In this document: one piece after another, positions 48,072-57,469 of the stretch
Position numbering within the stretch: the stretch's first letter is position 1
Layout: each line of letters begins with the position of its first letter
Sequence record: MT682705.1
DNA: 57,585 nt
Reading direction: 5' to 3' (one strand)
Source of the DNA: Escherichia phage vB_EcoS_SP8
The notes under the pieces: model-generated
The model's input: the letters and a program-made list of their open reading frames with translations, nothing else
Database searches by the model: none
What the model was told of the DNA's origin: nothing
Position numbers and translations under genes: made by a program

Positions 48072-49487
48072 ATGTGCTCCATCTTTGGTGTTATTACTAA
48101 TGGTCAACCTGAACGTGAAATTATTCGTAACGATGTCAGTGATCTTATTAAAGCTAGTATCAGCCGTGGTCGGGATGGTCTTGGTGTACGCTTTACGCAT
48201 GGTGACCACAGTATACACCCGCAACGTATCGTTCGTGTCGGTAAGGGAACAACTCAGGAACGTCTTGTTAAAATTGAGCGCATTGCGTCCCGTGCTGGGG
48301 ACATTGGTAGCTTCACAATGATTGGTAACGCTCGTGCTGAACCGACTACAGAGTGGGTCGTTGACAAGAACGAGTGGGACCAGCAACCGTATCATATGGA
48401 TGGTTGGACTATTGTTCATAACGGTACTATTGCGAACGATAAAGACCTTCGTACCTATGCACTACAGACTAAAATTGATAGTGCTGCGATTGTTGAACAG
48501 TTAGCAGAATGTACACTTTCAGCGGATGAAATGTGTTTGTCTGACTTCAATTACCTGTACAGTGTATTTCATGAAGTTATTCGCAAATTGAAAGGTAGCT
48601 TCGCAATTCTTGCAACACATGATTCCTTTCCAGGATGTGTGTTTGCAGCATGTAATTATCGTCCAATTTGGATTGGTAAGACTCAGACTGGTATGTATTT
48701 TGCCAGCCAAGAAGATATGCTTCCAACCCGTGCCATTAAACAGATGCTGAAACCTTACACCTGCAATGTGGTCACATCTACTGATGTATGCAATGAAGTT
48801 GATCTTATTCCAAATAAGCAGACTCAACGCGCGTTAGTTGTCGCCAGTGGTGGTATGGACAGTACGGTTGCAGCTCAGATGTGTAAGTCCAATGGTTTAG
48901 ATGTCACTTTAATTAACTTCCAGTATGGTTGTCGTGCAGAAACTAATGAGCTGTATGCTATTCGTAAGATTGCGGAGGTGATGGGGGTTCCATTAATTGA
49001 ATTTCCAATCCCGATTTATGATAAGAAAGATAGTCCATTATTTGATCAAGATGCTACAATTGCTGGCGGTGAAGAAGGAGCTGAGTTCGCGCATGAATGG
49101 GTTCCAGCTCGTAACCTTGTGATGCTTTCTGTTGCTACTGCATACGCAGAAGCTAACGGTTTCGACTATATTGTTCTTGGTAACAACTTAGAAGAAGCTG
49201 GAGCCTATCCGGACAACGAGCCTGAGTTCATTAATCGCTTTAATCAAGTGTTACCGTTCGCTGTAGGCGACGGTAAGCGCGTTGAAGTGCTCATGCCAGT
49301 AGGTAACTTAATGAAGCACGAAATTGTCGCTACAGGTCTGCGTTTAGGGGCCCCGTTGGAGCACACCTGGAGCTGTTACCGTAACGGTGATCTGCATTGC
49401 GGTACTTGTGGCCCTTGCATGATGCGTCGGACTGCGTTTAATATTAATAACGCACAAGAAGTTATTAAATACGAAAGCGAGGAATAA
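48072..49487 (+). CDS. gat-queC: glutamine amidotransferase-QueC fusion (Gat-QueC)
   Basis: N-terminus MCSIFGV (Cys2 nucleophile of class II amidotransferases, as in AsnB); PP-loop SGGMDS; C-terminal zinc motif WSCYRNGDLHCGTCGPC; track ORF starts upstream at a non-ATG codon. Confidence 0.8.
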   Translation: MCSIFGVITNGQPEREIIRNDVSDLIKASISRGRDGLGVRFTHGDHSIHPQRIVRVGKGTTQERLVKIERIASRAGDIGSFTMIGNARAEPTTEWVVDKNEWDQQPYHMDGWTIVHNGTIANDKDLRTYALQTKIDSAAIVEQLAECTLSADEMCLSDFNYLYSVFHEVIRKLKGSFAILATHDSFPGCVFAACNYRPIWIGKTQTGMYFASQEDMLPTRAIKQMLKPYTCNVVTSTDVCNEVDLIPNKQTQRALVVASGGMDSTVAAQMCKSNGLDVTLINFQYGCRAETNELYAIRKIAEVMGVPLIEFPIPIYDKKDSPLFDQDATIAGGEEGAEFAHEWVPARNLVMLSVATAYAEANGFDYIVLGNNLEEAGAYPDNEPEFINRFNQVLPFAVGDGKRVEVLMPVGNLMKHEIVATGLRLGAPLEHTWSCYRNGDLHCGTCGPCMMRRTAFNINNAQEVIKYESEE

Positions 49488-49488
49488 A

Positions 49489-50010
49489 ATGGGTTACACT
49501 GTCATTCGTTCACATGAAATTTGCGCTGGGCATCGTGTCGTAGGGCATGAAAGTAAGTGTCGTCACCTTCACGGTCACAATTATAAGTTTCACTTTAAGG
49601 TTGCGCCGAAGCGCGTAGAGAGCGAAAACTACATCCCGGGCTCGAAAGGTTTCTCGTCTGAAGGTAAACTGGATGATGTTGGTCGCGTTATTGACTTTAG
49701 TGTGGTTAAAACTACGCTTTGCCAGTGGTTGGAAGATAATTGGGATCATAAATTCCTGCATTGGAGTCGTGATAACTTGATTGACGCTTTGAAAATTGCA
49801 GCAAGTCGCCCGAGTTGTCCTCTGGAACATGAAGACCATGAGCATTTCTTAGGCTCATTGGTAGCTTTGCCATTCAACCCAACTGCGGAAAACTTAGCTG
49901 CGTATATGGTTGACGTGATTGGTCCACAACTGCTTGACCAATATGGTGTTGAATTGGTAGAATGCACCATTGAAGAAACGTCCAAATGCCATGTTAACTA
50001 TTGCAAATAA
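49489..50010 (+). CDS. queD: 6-carboxytetrahydropterin synthase (QueD)
   Basis: CRHLHGH zinc-binding motif typical of QueD/PTPS; about 173 aa; RBS GAGGAA. Confidence 0.7.
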   Translation: MGYTVIRSHEICAGHRVVGHESKCRHLHGHNYKFHFKVAPKRVESENYIPGSKGFSSEGKLDDVGRVIDFSVVKTTLCQWLEDNWDHKFLHWSRDNLIDALKIAASRPSCPLEHEDHEHFLGSLVALPFNPTAENLAAYMVDVIGPQLLDQYGVELVECTIEETSKCHVNYCK

Positions 50011-50036
50011 TTGACCACACAAGGAAACTGCAAACC

Positions 50037-50651
50037 ATGAATGAATTTACAAAGATGACAAACCGAGCAGAAATTTCACACAGTATTGAAAAGATTTTAA
50101 AGTTGATTGAAGGTGGCGATGAATTGCGTGAAGGTTTAGTAGAAACTCCAGATCGTGTAGCTAAGGCTTATGCTACATGGTTCGGGGGTTATTCTGTCGA
50201 TATCGCATCCCTGTTCAAGACATTTGAAGATGGTGGGGAAGACTGCGATGAAATGGTCATCGTGCGTGATATCCCTGTATATAGTCATTGTGAGCATCAC
50301 ATGGCTCCTATTATTGGTCATGCGGTGGTTGGATATGTTCCAAATGGAAAAATTGTCGGTCTCAGCAAGTTATCTCGGGTAGTTGATGCTTTCGCTCGAC
50401 GTTTGCAAGTCCAAGAACGTCTAACTAACCAGATTGCGGACGCTATCCGTGACCATTTAGAGCCGAAAGCTGTGTGCGTCTACATCGATGCAAAACATAT
50501 GTGCATGGAGTCGCGCGGTATTAAACAGGTATGCGGTAGCTCAACTATCACTAAGGCATTCCGCGGGCGTACTGCATTGGGCGATGGTGTGTTACCGGAC
50601 GTAACTGGTGACACATGGCGTCGGGAATTTCTTGAAGCGTGTAAAAAGTAA
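50037..50651 (+). CDS. folE: GTP cyclohydrolase I (FolE)
   Basis: YSHCEHHMAPI motif and overall collinearity with FolE; start at ATG (MNEFTKM) preceded by AAGGAAA. Confidence 0.75.
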   Translation: MNEFTKMTNRAEISHSIEKILKLIEGGDELREGLVETPDRVAKAYATWFGGYSVDIASLFKTFEDGGEDCDEMVIVRDIPVYSHCEHHMAPIIGHAVVGYVPNGKIVGLSKLSRVVDAFARRLQVQERLTNQIADAIRDHLEPKAVCVYIDAKHMCMESRGIKQVCGSSTITKAFRGRTALGDGVLPDVTGDTWRREFLEACKK

Positions 50652-50720
50652 CTGATTTGCGAATCATACATTATCTTTAATATAATAAGCGCCTACGGGC
50701 GCTTATTTGTTAGGTGAACA

Positions 50721-51209
50721 ATGCACATTATATCTAGAAAACAAGCTATAGAGAAGGGGCTAAAACGTTATTATACTGGTAAACCTTGTAAGAGAGGTCA
50801 TATAGCAGAAAGACATGTCACTGGTGGATGTGTAGTTTGTGCTAACGAAGACCAGATTAAATATTATCAACAAAATCCTGAAAAATACAGGAGAGCTAAC
50901 AGAGATTATTTTCAAAGACCAGATGTTAAAGAGAGAAATAGAATTAGACAATCTCAATTCTATGAAGATAATAAACATTTATGTAGAAGTATATCGTCCC
51001 ATTGTAGAGCACAACGTTTATTAAGAGTTCCAGCATGGTCAGAGAAAGAAGAGATTAAACGATTCTACGAAAATTGCCCAGATGGGTATGAAGTGGATCA
51101 TATAATACCTCTACTTGGCGAGTTGGTAAGTGGACTTCATGTAATGTGTAATTTACAGTATTTACCAAAGCACGAGAACAGATCGAAAGGAAATAAGTTC
51201 GATGTATAG
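50721..51209 (+). CDS. HNH endonuclease inserted in the modification cluster
   Basis: Cys-rich N-terminus (CKRGH...CVVC) and EVDHIIPL...H...N HNH core; AT-rich; overlaps dpdA start. Confidence 0.55.
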   Translation: MHIISRKQAIEKGLKRYYTGKPCKRGHIAERHVTGGCVVCANEDQIKYYQQNPEKYRRANRDYFQRPDVKERNRIRQSQFYEDNKHLCRSISSHCRAQRLLRVPAWSEKEEIKRFYENCPDGYEVDHIIPLLGELVSGLHVMCNLQYLPKHENRSKGNKFDV

Positions 51210-52155
51210 AGAAGATATAGATTATACATTCAATTTATATTTAGCGGCTGTATACACAAACAGTTATAAACCTGGAATGAATCGCTTTGTAAAATTGACA
51301 CCGCATGAACAAAAACTTGTCATGGGAGTTCCTAATATATTGGAGTCCTACCATTACGTTGGAAAGCAATCCTATGTTGATGCCATGCGTGCCGATGGGG
51401 CCAAGATATTCCTCGACTCCGGGGCGTTCTCAGCTTACACTTTGGGAGTTACGTTATCGGTTAAAGAATACTGTGATTACATCCAACGAAACATAGATAT
51501 CATTCGTGTAGAGGATGGTTCGCTTATGGCTTCTGTACTCGATGGTATCGGAGATCCACTTCAAACGTGGCGCAACCAGGAAGAGATGGAAGCCAGGGGT
51601 GTAAGACCTTTACCATGCTTCCACGCCGGTGAACCTTTTGAATACCTGGACCATTATGTGCGAAATTATGAATATATCACTCTCGGTGGTCTTGTTGGAG
51701 CGAGTACACAACAACTTCAAGTATGGCTGGACAGGGTATGGGATAAACACCTTGTAGACGGTAGTGGACGCGCTAAGATTAAAGTCCATGGCTTTGGTAT
51801 TACGTCCCGCCCGCTTATGGAGCGTTACCCGTGGTACTCCTGTGACTCATCCTCCTGGATTCAATCTGCAGCATTTGGCGCTATTGAAACTCCTAAGTGG
51901 GGTCCAATGCAGGTATCTGAAAAGTCCCCGTCACGCCATTATCAAGGGCAGCATATCTGTAACCTTTCAGAAATAGAACAGAATAACGTTCTACGCTACT
52001 TAGAGGAGTCAGGTTTCACATACGAACGACTTTCAACGATATACGAATCACGCGCTGCATACAATTTATGGGCGTATGGTGTGGTCAACGCTATGATTCT
52101 TGCTAACCACAATGGGAAGTTCAACGAACGTCTCCAGGATTTATTTGACGAATAA
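51202..52155 (+). CDS. dpdA: DNA-guanine transglycosylase (DpdA-like, TGT superfamily)
   Basis: FLDSGAF resembles the TGT DSGG motif; about 317 aa; located with folE/queD/queE/queC. Confidence 0.55.
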   Translation: MYREDIDYTFNLYLAAVYTNSYKPGMNRFVKLTPHEQKLVMGVPNILESYHYVGKQSYVDAMRADGAKIFLDSGAFSAYTLGVTLSVKEYCDYIQRNIDIIRVEDGSLMASVLDGIGDPLQTWRNQEEMEARGVRPLPCFHAGEPFEYLDHYVRNYEYITLGGLVGASTQQLQVWLDRVWDKHLVDGSGRAKIKVHGFGITSRPLMERYPWYSCDSSSWIQSAAFGAIETPKWGPMQVSEKSPSRHYQGQHICNLSEIEQNNVLRYLEESGFTYERLSTIYESRAAYNLWAYGVVNAMILANHNGKFNERLQDLFDE

Positions 52156-52163
52156 GGTTACTT

Positions 52164-53156
52164 ATGGATTTGCTTGATGCTTTAAAGTTTGTTCAAGGCT
52201 CCGTCGCGAAGAAAGAACTCCAGGAAGGTTTGACTCACTTCCGTATTGTTGATGGTACTGTGCGCGGGTTCAACGGAACTATTTCATTGTGTAGTCCAGT
52301 GCCGCTGAATATTGACTGTACACCTAAAGCTGAACCAATGTTGAAGGCTATTGCAGCATGTGATGAAGCTGTACAGATGACAATGTTGGCGAACGGTAAG
52401 TTGAGCATTAAGTCTGGTGGCTTTAAGGTTAGTGTAGATACTCTTCAGAAACCAACTGCACACGTAGAGCCAGAAGGAACAATTCACGAAATAGACGGTC
52501 AGCTTTTTCTCAACGGTTTAAGCCGTGTAACGCCGTTTATAAGCGACGATGCTTCCCGCCCGTGGTCTTGCGGCGTGCTGGTAAAACAGGGCAGCATGTA
52601 CGCGACCAACAACGCTAGTATTATACAGTATTGGTTCGGTGCTGTATTCCCTGTAGATTGTGTTGTGCCACGTATGGCCATCAAAGAATTATTGCGTATT
52701 AAAAAGCCACCAGTAAGAATTCAATGTACAGATACCAGTATGACATTTCACTACGAAGACGGTTGCTGGTTGCGTACCCAATTACTGGAATTAAAATGGC
52801 CCAATATTGACAAGATAATTGAGCGTACAGAAAAGGGGTCTAACGTCTATACGCTTGATACTGAGCTTTTTAACTGCTTAGAAAAGATAAAACCGTTCTG
52901 TGAACGTGATGGGCGTATTTACATGGAAAATGGTGTTGTGCGTACCCATTACAACGAGCTGGACGGCGCTAGTGCAATGTTCCGGGAATCTAAGTCGATT
53001 GGTGTGTATAATATAGATCTTATTATGCAGTTGAAAGGACTTGCAACGGATTGGGACGCTTCTCGTTTCAATGAAAAGGACGAAAGGGGTCTTTCAACTC
53101 CTATTATTTTTTATGGTGAAAATCTACGTGGGGTAATTGTAGGATTTCGTCTATGA
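52164..53156 (+). CDS. hypothetical protein, possible sliding clamp (DnaN-like pattern)
   Basis: by-eye collinearity with E. coli beta clamp segments (e.g. CVVPRMAIKELLRI vs VIVPRKGVIELMRM); immediately upstream of the DNA polymerase gene; weak. Confidence 0.3.
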   Translation: MDLLDALKFVQGSVAKKELQEGLTHFRIVDGTVRGFNGTISLCSPVPLNIDCTPKAEPMLKAIAACDEAVQMTMLANGKLSIKSGGFKVSVDTLQKPTAHVEPEGTIHEIDGQLFLNGLSRVTPFISDDASRPWSCGVLVKQGSMYATNNASIIQYWFGAVFPVDCVVPRMAIKELLRIKKPPVRIQCTDTSMTFHYEDGCWLRTQLLELKWPNIDKIIERTEKGSNVYTLDTELFNCLEKIKPFCERDGRIYMENGVVRTHYNELDGASAMFRESKSIGVYNIDLIMQLKGLATDWDASRFNEKDERGLSTPIIFYGENLRGVIVGFRL

Positions 53157-55126
53157 GAAAAGACGCGATTGGGTTTTTCTGGACGGATTTACCTCCCGCT
53201 AAGAAAGAGAAGAAACAGAAAGTAAAACGTCAACCAGTTGAAAGGGTATGGGAACGCCCAGACTACCTTCCAGGTCTTGATGCAGCAATGCGTTTTGCAG
53301 CTAATGATCCGCGTATGACAGACGGTGAATTAGTGGAAATGTATTTTGCACAAGAAACGTTCGTATACGATATCGAATGTTATAAGAATTATTTTCTTGT
53401 GGCGTTTAAAGGGGTTAAGTTCGGTAAGGTTTATTATCTAGAAATGACTGCCGGTCAGACACTTGACACGGAAAAATATGAATGGATAATGAAGAACTTT
53501 CGTACCGTTGGTTTCAACTCAAGAAACTACGATAATACGATGACATTCCTTGCCATTGCTGGTTTAACTGTTGACAAGCTAAAAGAAGCAAGTGACAGGA
53601 TGATCCAGGAAGAGTGGGCTCCGTGGGACATTCTTAACAGTTTTGGGGTAAAACAGTTTTGGATTGACCACATTGACGTTCAAGAAGTAGCTCCGGGCTT
53701 CGGTTCGTTGAAGCTGTATGGTGGCCGTATGCACATGCAGAAGCTCCAGGACTTACCATTCCCACCACATTGGGCGTTATCCGTAGAACAGATTGCTATT
53801 GTGCGCTTCTACTGTATTAACGACCTTGATACAACAATGGCTCTGTTTAACTCACTGGAAGAGCAAATCCATCTACGTGAGATTATGAGTGAAGAGTATA
53901 AAGTAGATCTTCGCTCTAAATCCGATGCACAGATTGCAGAAGCTGTAATCCGCCATGAAATGAAGGAAATGCTGGGCTTCGTACCACAGAAGGGTATGGT
54001 GGAAGTTGGCAGAACCTTTAGGTACAATCCTCCAGTGTGGTTAGGTTTCCAAACGCCACTAATGAAGTCCGTATTTCAGGTTGTGCTTGATAGTTACTTC
54101 CGAGTCGCAGAGGATGGTAAAATTAAGCAACCATCGACAATGAACTCTCTGAAGTTTACAATCAATCAGACAACTTACAACATGGGTATCGGTGGTCTGC
54201 ACTCATGCGAAGAGTTAATGGAGATTGTACCATCTGAAGATGAAGAGATGTGGGATGCTGACGTAACGTCATACTACCCGATCTGTATCATTAACCAGCG
54301 ACTATATCCTGAGCACCTGGGCCCGCGCTTTATAGATATTTTCGTTAAGATCGTAGAACGACGTATTGCAGCTAAGATGGCTCATGACGATAAGACCTCA
54401 CAGACTCTTAAGATCGTTATTAACGGTTCTTATGGTAAGTTCGGTTCACCGTTCTCTATTCTGTATGCACCGCATCTTATTATTCAGACCACATTGACAG
54501 GTCAGTTGGCTCTGCTTATGCTCATTGAAACACTAGAGCTTAACGGCATTCAGGTCGTTAGTGCTAACACGGATGGTATCGTTATTAAGCCTTGCAAAGC
54601 TAAGAAGCAATTAATGACGGATATCATTAAGTGGTGGGAAGAAACAACTGGCTTTGAAATGGAGTTGAACCAATACCTGCGTCTTAACTCTGCAAACGTC
54701 AACAACTACGTCGCAATCAAAGCAGATGGTAAAGCCAAGCGTAAAGGTTGGTTCGCAGAGACAGGTCTAGCTAAGAACGCGGAAGGTGAGATTATTATGG
54801 ATGCTGTGGTCAACCTTCTCCGTGACGGTACACCAATTGCTAAAACTATCACAGAGTGTCAGGACATTCGTAAGTTTGTTTGTATCAAGACAGCTAACGG
54901 TGGCGCTGCATGGAATAGTGAGCCATTGGGTAAAGTCGTTCGCTGGTATTATACAAAAGAGGAAGTACCTGAGATACTAATAGTCAAGAGTGGTGGTCGT
55001 GTCGGTAAGACAGCAGGGGGTAAACCTATGATGGAACTCACTGACCAGTTACCGCCGGATCTCAACCACGAAGTGTACATAGCTAAAGCGGAAAAATTGC
55101 TGGAAAAACTCGCATACGCCGCTTAA
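53153..55126 (+). CDS. DNA polymerase, family B-like
   Basis: Exo I-like YDIECY; motif A DVTSYYP; motif B KIVINGSYGKFG; motif C SANTDGIVI. Confidence 0.7.
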   Translation: MRKDAIGFFWTDLPPAKKEKKQKVKRQPVERVWERPDYLPGLDAAMRFAANDPRMTDGELVEMYFAQETFVYDIECYKNYFLVAFKGVKFGKVYYLEMTAGQTLDTEKYEWIMKNFRTVGFNSRNYDNTMTFLAIAGLTVDKLKEASDRMIQEEWAPWDILNSFGVKQFWIDHIDVQEVAPGFGSLKLYGGRMHMQKLQDLPFPPHWALSVEQIAIVRFYCINDLDTTMALFNSLEEQIHLREIMSEEYKVDLRSKSDAQIAEAVIRHEMKEMLGFVPQKGMVEVGRTFRYNPPVWLGFQTPLMKSVFQVVLDSYFRVAEDGKIKQPSTMNSLKFTINQTTYNMGIGGLHSCEELMEIVPSEDEEMWDADVTSYYPICIINQRLYPEHLGPRFIDIFVKIVERRIAAKMAHDDKTSQTLKIVINGSYGKFGSPFSILYAPHLIIQTTLTGQLALLMLIETLELNGIQVVSANTDGIVIKPCKAKKQLMTDIIKWWEETTGFEMELNQYLRLNSANVNNYVAIKADGKAKRKGWFAETGLAKNAEGEIIMDAVVNLLRDGTPIAKTITECQDIRKFVCIKTANGGAAWNSEPLGKVVRWYYTKEEVPEILIVKSGGRVGKTAGGKPMMELTDQLPPDLNHEVYIAKAEKLLEKLAYAA

Positions 55127-55160
55127 TAAAAAGTGGGCCAATACGTTTGTACTGGCCCAC
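55124..55160 (-). terminator. intrinsic terminator for the tail-fibre gene (minus strand)
   Basis: stem GTGGGCCA / TGGCCCAC; followed on the minus strand by UUUUUAUU; lies between convergent pol and fibre genes. Confidence 0.45.
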
Positions 55161-55279
55161 AATAAAATGCCCTAAAATGCCGCACGTTGCCTCTGCTTAT
55201 TCTTCTTTTTCTTGTTTTTTATTTGATTCTTGGATGCCTAGCACAGCAATACGTTGTGCAATATCAACTTGTTGCTGAG

Positions 55280-57469
55280 TTAACTTTCCAGCGTTGTTGG
55301 TTTGTTGAGTAACGCCGCTACCGCCGCCTTAAGATCTGCAATTTCAGATTTCAGTGTTTCGATCTCCTCTTGTTGCTTGTCAACTTGATCACTTATTTCG
55401 TTGAATGCGTTAACCAAAAGAGCAGTAACCCCGCCATAGCTAACACCTAAATATTCAGAATCTGAAACCTTGTAAACCGCTTCCGGCAGAACTGTTTGCA
55501 CATCTTGAGCGATTACACCAGCCTCCTCCGAATATATAGAATGTTCATCTTCATAAAGATTACTGCGCTTAAAGTAAGTGTAACCCTTGATTGACTTCAC
55601 TTTTTCTCTAGCGCTCTTAATCTCCTTCAAGTTTGCTTTCAGTCTAATATCTGACGTACTGACCCATTGAACACATGAGGCGTAACCAGCTCCATTAAAT
55701 GTGTAAATCGCACTCCTTACATTAAAACGAGCCTCGCAATCTCCACTGCTATATCTGGCAACATCAAGACCAGCAACCCAATCATAACCCCACCGAACGG
55801 CCTTAAAGATGTTTGAGGCTGTATCATCGCCTGGCAACTCAACAAGAAGACCAGACGCTCGATCCCTCCATTCAACAAAAGCACCTCCAGATACTTGACC
55901 GCCAATTAGAGCATTACCGCCACCAATTCTAGATCCTGAAACTCTAATGCCATTTGCATTATTATCAATAGGCCATATGTTTAAAAGACCGTTAAGATGA
56001 AGGTTTTGATGATCAAATGAGGCAACATTTGTACCATTACAAAAAACCTGCAACACTCCGTTACCGCCTTGCTTAAATCCAGTGCCGCTATCACCTATAA
56101 CTAACGAATTAGTCCCAAGTGAATTTGTAATGCCTCTACCAATTGTTATTGTATTGTAATTTATGGCGTTTCCGCTTTCGTCAAATTGATAATAGTTTGT
56201 GTCTCCACCTTCTCTTGTTACATGTATTGTTGCATAAGCAGTACCACCTAGAATTTCATTGTAGATCCTTGAGTATGAAAGTTGCACACCTTCTGCGTTC
56301 TTATTTCTAAGGTAAAGAATGCCTGATGATTCGCCGTTGTTGTTATCAAGATGTACACCCAAGAACACAGGAATATGATTTGTCGCAAGCCCTAAAATGT
56401 GCCTTACTCCATCTGGAGTTGTTGCACCTGTACCACCTGAAGATATAGGAAGTGGAATAAATCCAACATTACCTTCTTCCGTTGAATAAACACCCCAAGA
56501 CGATTCACTTATTGTTATGTATTTTTCTCTTCCGGGAGAGAATAACACAGTTTCATTAGGATACTGCTCCAACCTGTCTACACGAATATTTTTTCTGGAG
56601 ATTTCTACGTTAAAAAGATCCGAAAGATTATTTTCTTTTAGCAATGATTTACCAATAATACCTTCAGCTTTTCCAGCAGCCACTTCAGCACGACCAGCGT
56701 CTGTAGATGCACTTTGTGCGCTACCAGCGGCATTGCCAGCCTGTTGTCCTGCTTCGGTAGCACTATTACTTGCTTGTACAGCGGAAGCAGCAGCAGCGTC
56801 TTTTAGCGCGGTAGTTTCGGACACAGCAGCGTCTTTAATTGCTTGCGTCTCGCTTACTGCGCTATTCTTAATACCCTGTGTGTCTACTTTTAACTGCTCA
56901 ACGTTAGATTTTAAACCTTGAATTGTGGTTACAGCTTGTGATGCAGTGTTAGCAGAACCGGCAGCGCCCGCCTGTGCTTGTCTAGCAGCGTCTTCACTAG
57001 CTTTAGCATCATTTTTATAGACAAGTGCATCCGAAGCGGATTGAGCAGCTGAAGCCTTACTATTGCGAGCGTCAGTAGCATCCGCGTTTGCTGCCGCAGC
57101 AGAGCGGCCAGCTTGCAAAGAGTATTCTTCAGAAGCAGCCACAAGTTGTTGAACTTGTTTGATAACATCTGGTGTTAGTTCTTCTTCCACCCAATTAACA
57201 AGATAACCATTAAGTGACCCATCTGGACTATCTGCATATAGCACAATTTCTCCAGCCTTATATGGTTCTTTTCCTTGAGGGCCCACTATAACCACATAGT
57301 GTCCTGGGTTCACTGTGATATTATATGCACCTTGAGAATCTGTACGGAATATCGCTTCGCTACTACCTAACACTATGAGTGTATTACTTCTTGCTATCAA
57401 GGATACGGTTGCATTAACAATAGGTTTATTCAAACCATCTGTTAGGATACCATATAGACGAATTGTCAT
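55280..57469 (-). CDS. tail fibre protein with C-terminal intramolecular chaperone (peptidase S74-type) domain
   Basis: 729-aa ORF; Ala/Ser/Gln-rich repetitive central region; C-terminal STSDIRLKANLKEIKS... matches the self-cleaving chaperone module of phage fibres; RBS AGAGGTAAA. Confidence 0.6.
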   Translation of the reverse strand: MTIRLYGILTDGLNKPIVNATVSLIARSNTLIVLGSSEAIFRTDSQGAYNITVNPGHYVVIVGPQGKEPYKAGEIVLYADSPDGSLNGYLVNWVEEELTPDVIKQVQQLVAASEEYSLQAGRSAAAANADATDARNSKASAAQSASDALVYKNDAKASEDAARQAQAGAAGSANTASQAVTTIQGLKSNVEQLKVDTQGIKNSAVSETQAIKDAAVSETTALKDAAAASAVQASNSATEAGQQAGNAAGSAQSASTDAGRAEVAAGKAEGIIGKSLLKENNLSDLFNVEISRKNIRVDRLEQYPNETVLFSPGREKYITISESSWGVYSTEEGNVGFIPLPISSGGTGATTPDGVRHILGLATNHIPVFLGVHLDNNNGESSGILYLRNKNAEGVQLSYSRIYNEILGGTAYATIHVTREGGDTNYYQFDESGNAINYNTITIGRGITNSLGTNSLVIGDSGTGFKQGGNGVLQVFCNGTNVASFDHQNLHLNGLLNIWPIDNNANGIRVSGSRIGGGNALIGGQVSGGAFVEWRDRASGLLVELPGDDTASNIFKAVRWGYDWVAGLDVARYSSGDCEARFNVRSAIYTFNGAGYASCVQWVSTSDIRLKANLKEIKSAREKVKSIKGYTYFKRSNLYEDEHSIYSEEAGVIAQDVQTVLPEAVYKVSDSEYLGVSYGGVTALLVNAFNEISDQVDKQQEEIETLKSEIADLKAAVAALLNKPTTLES

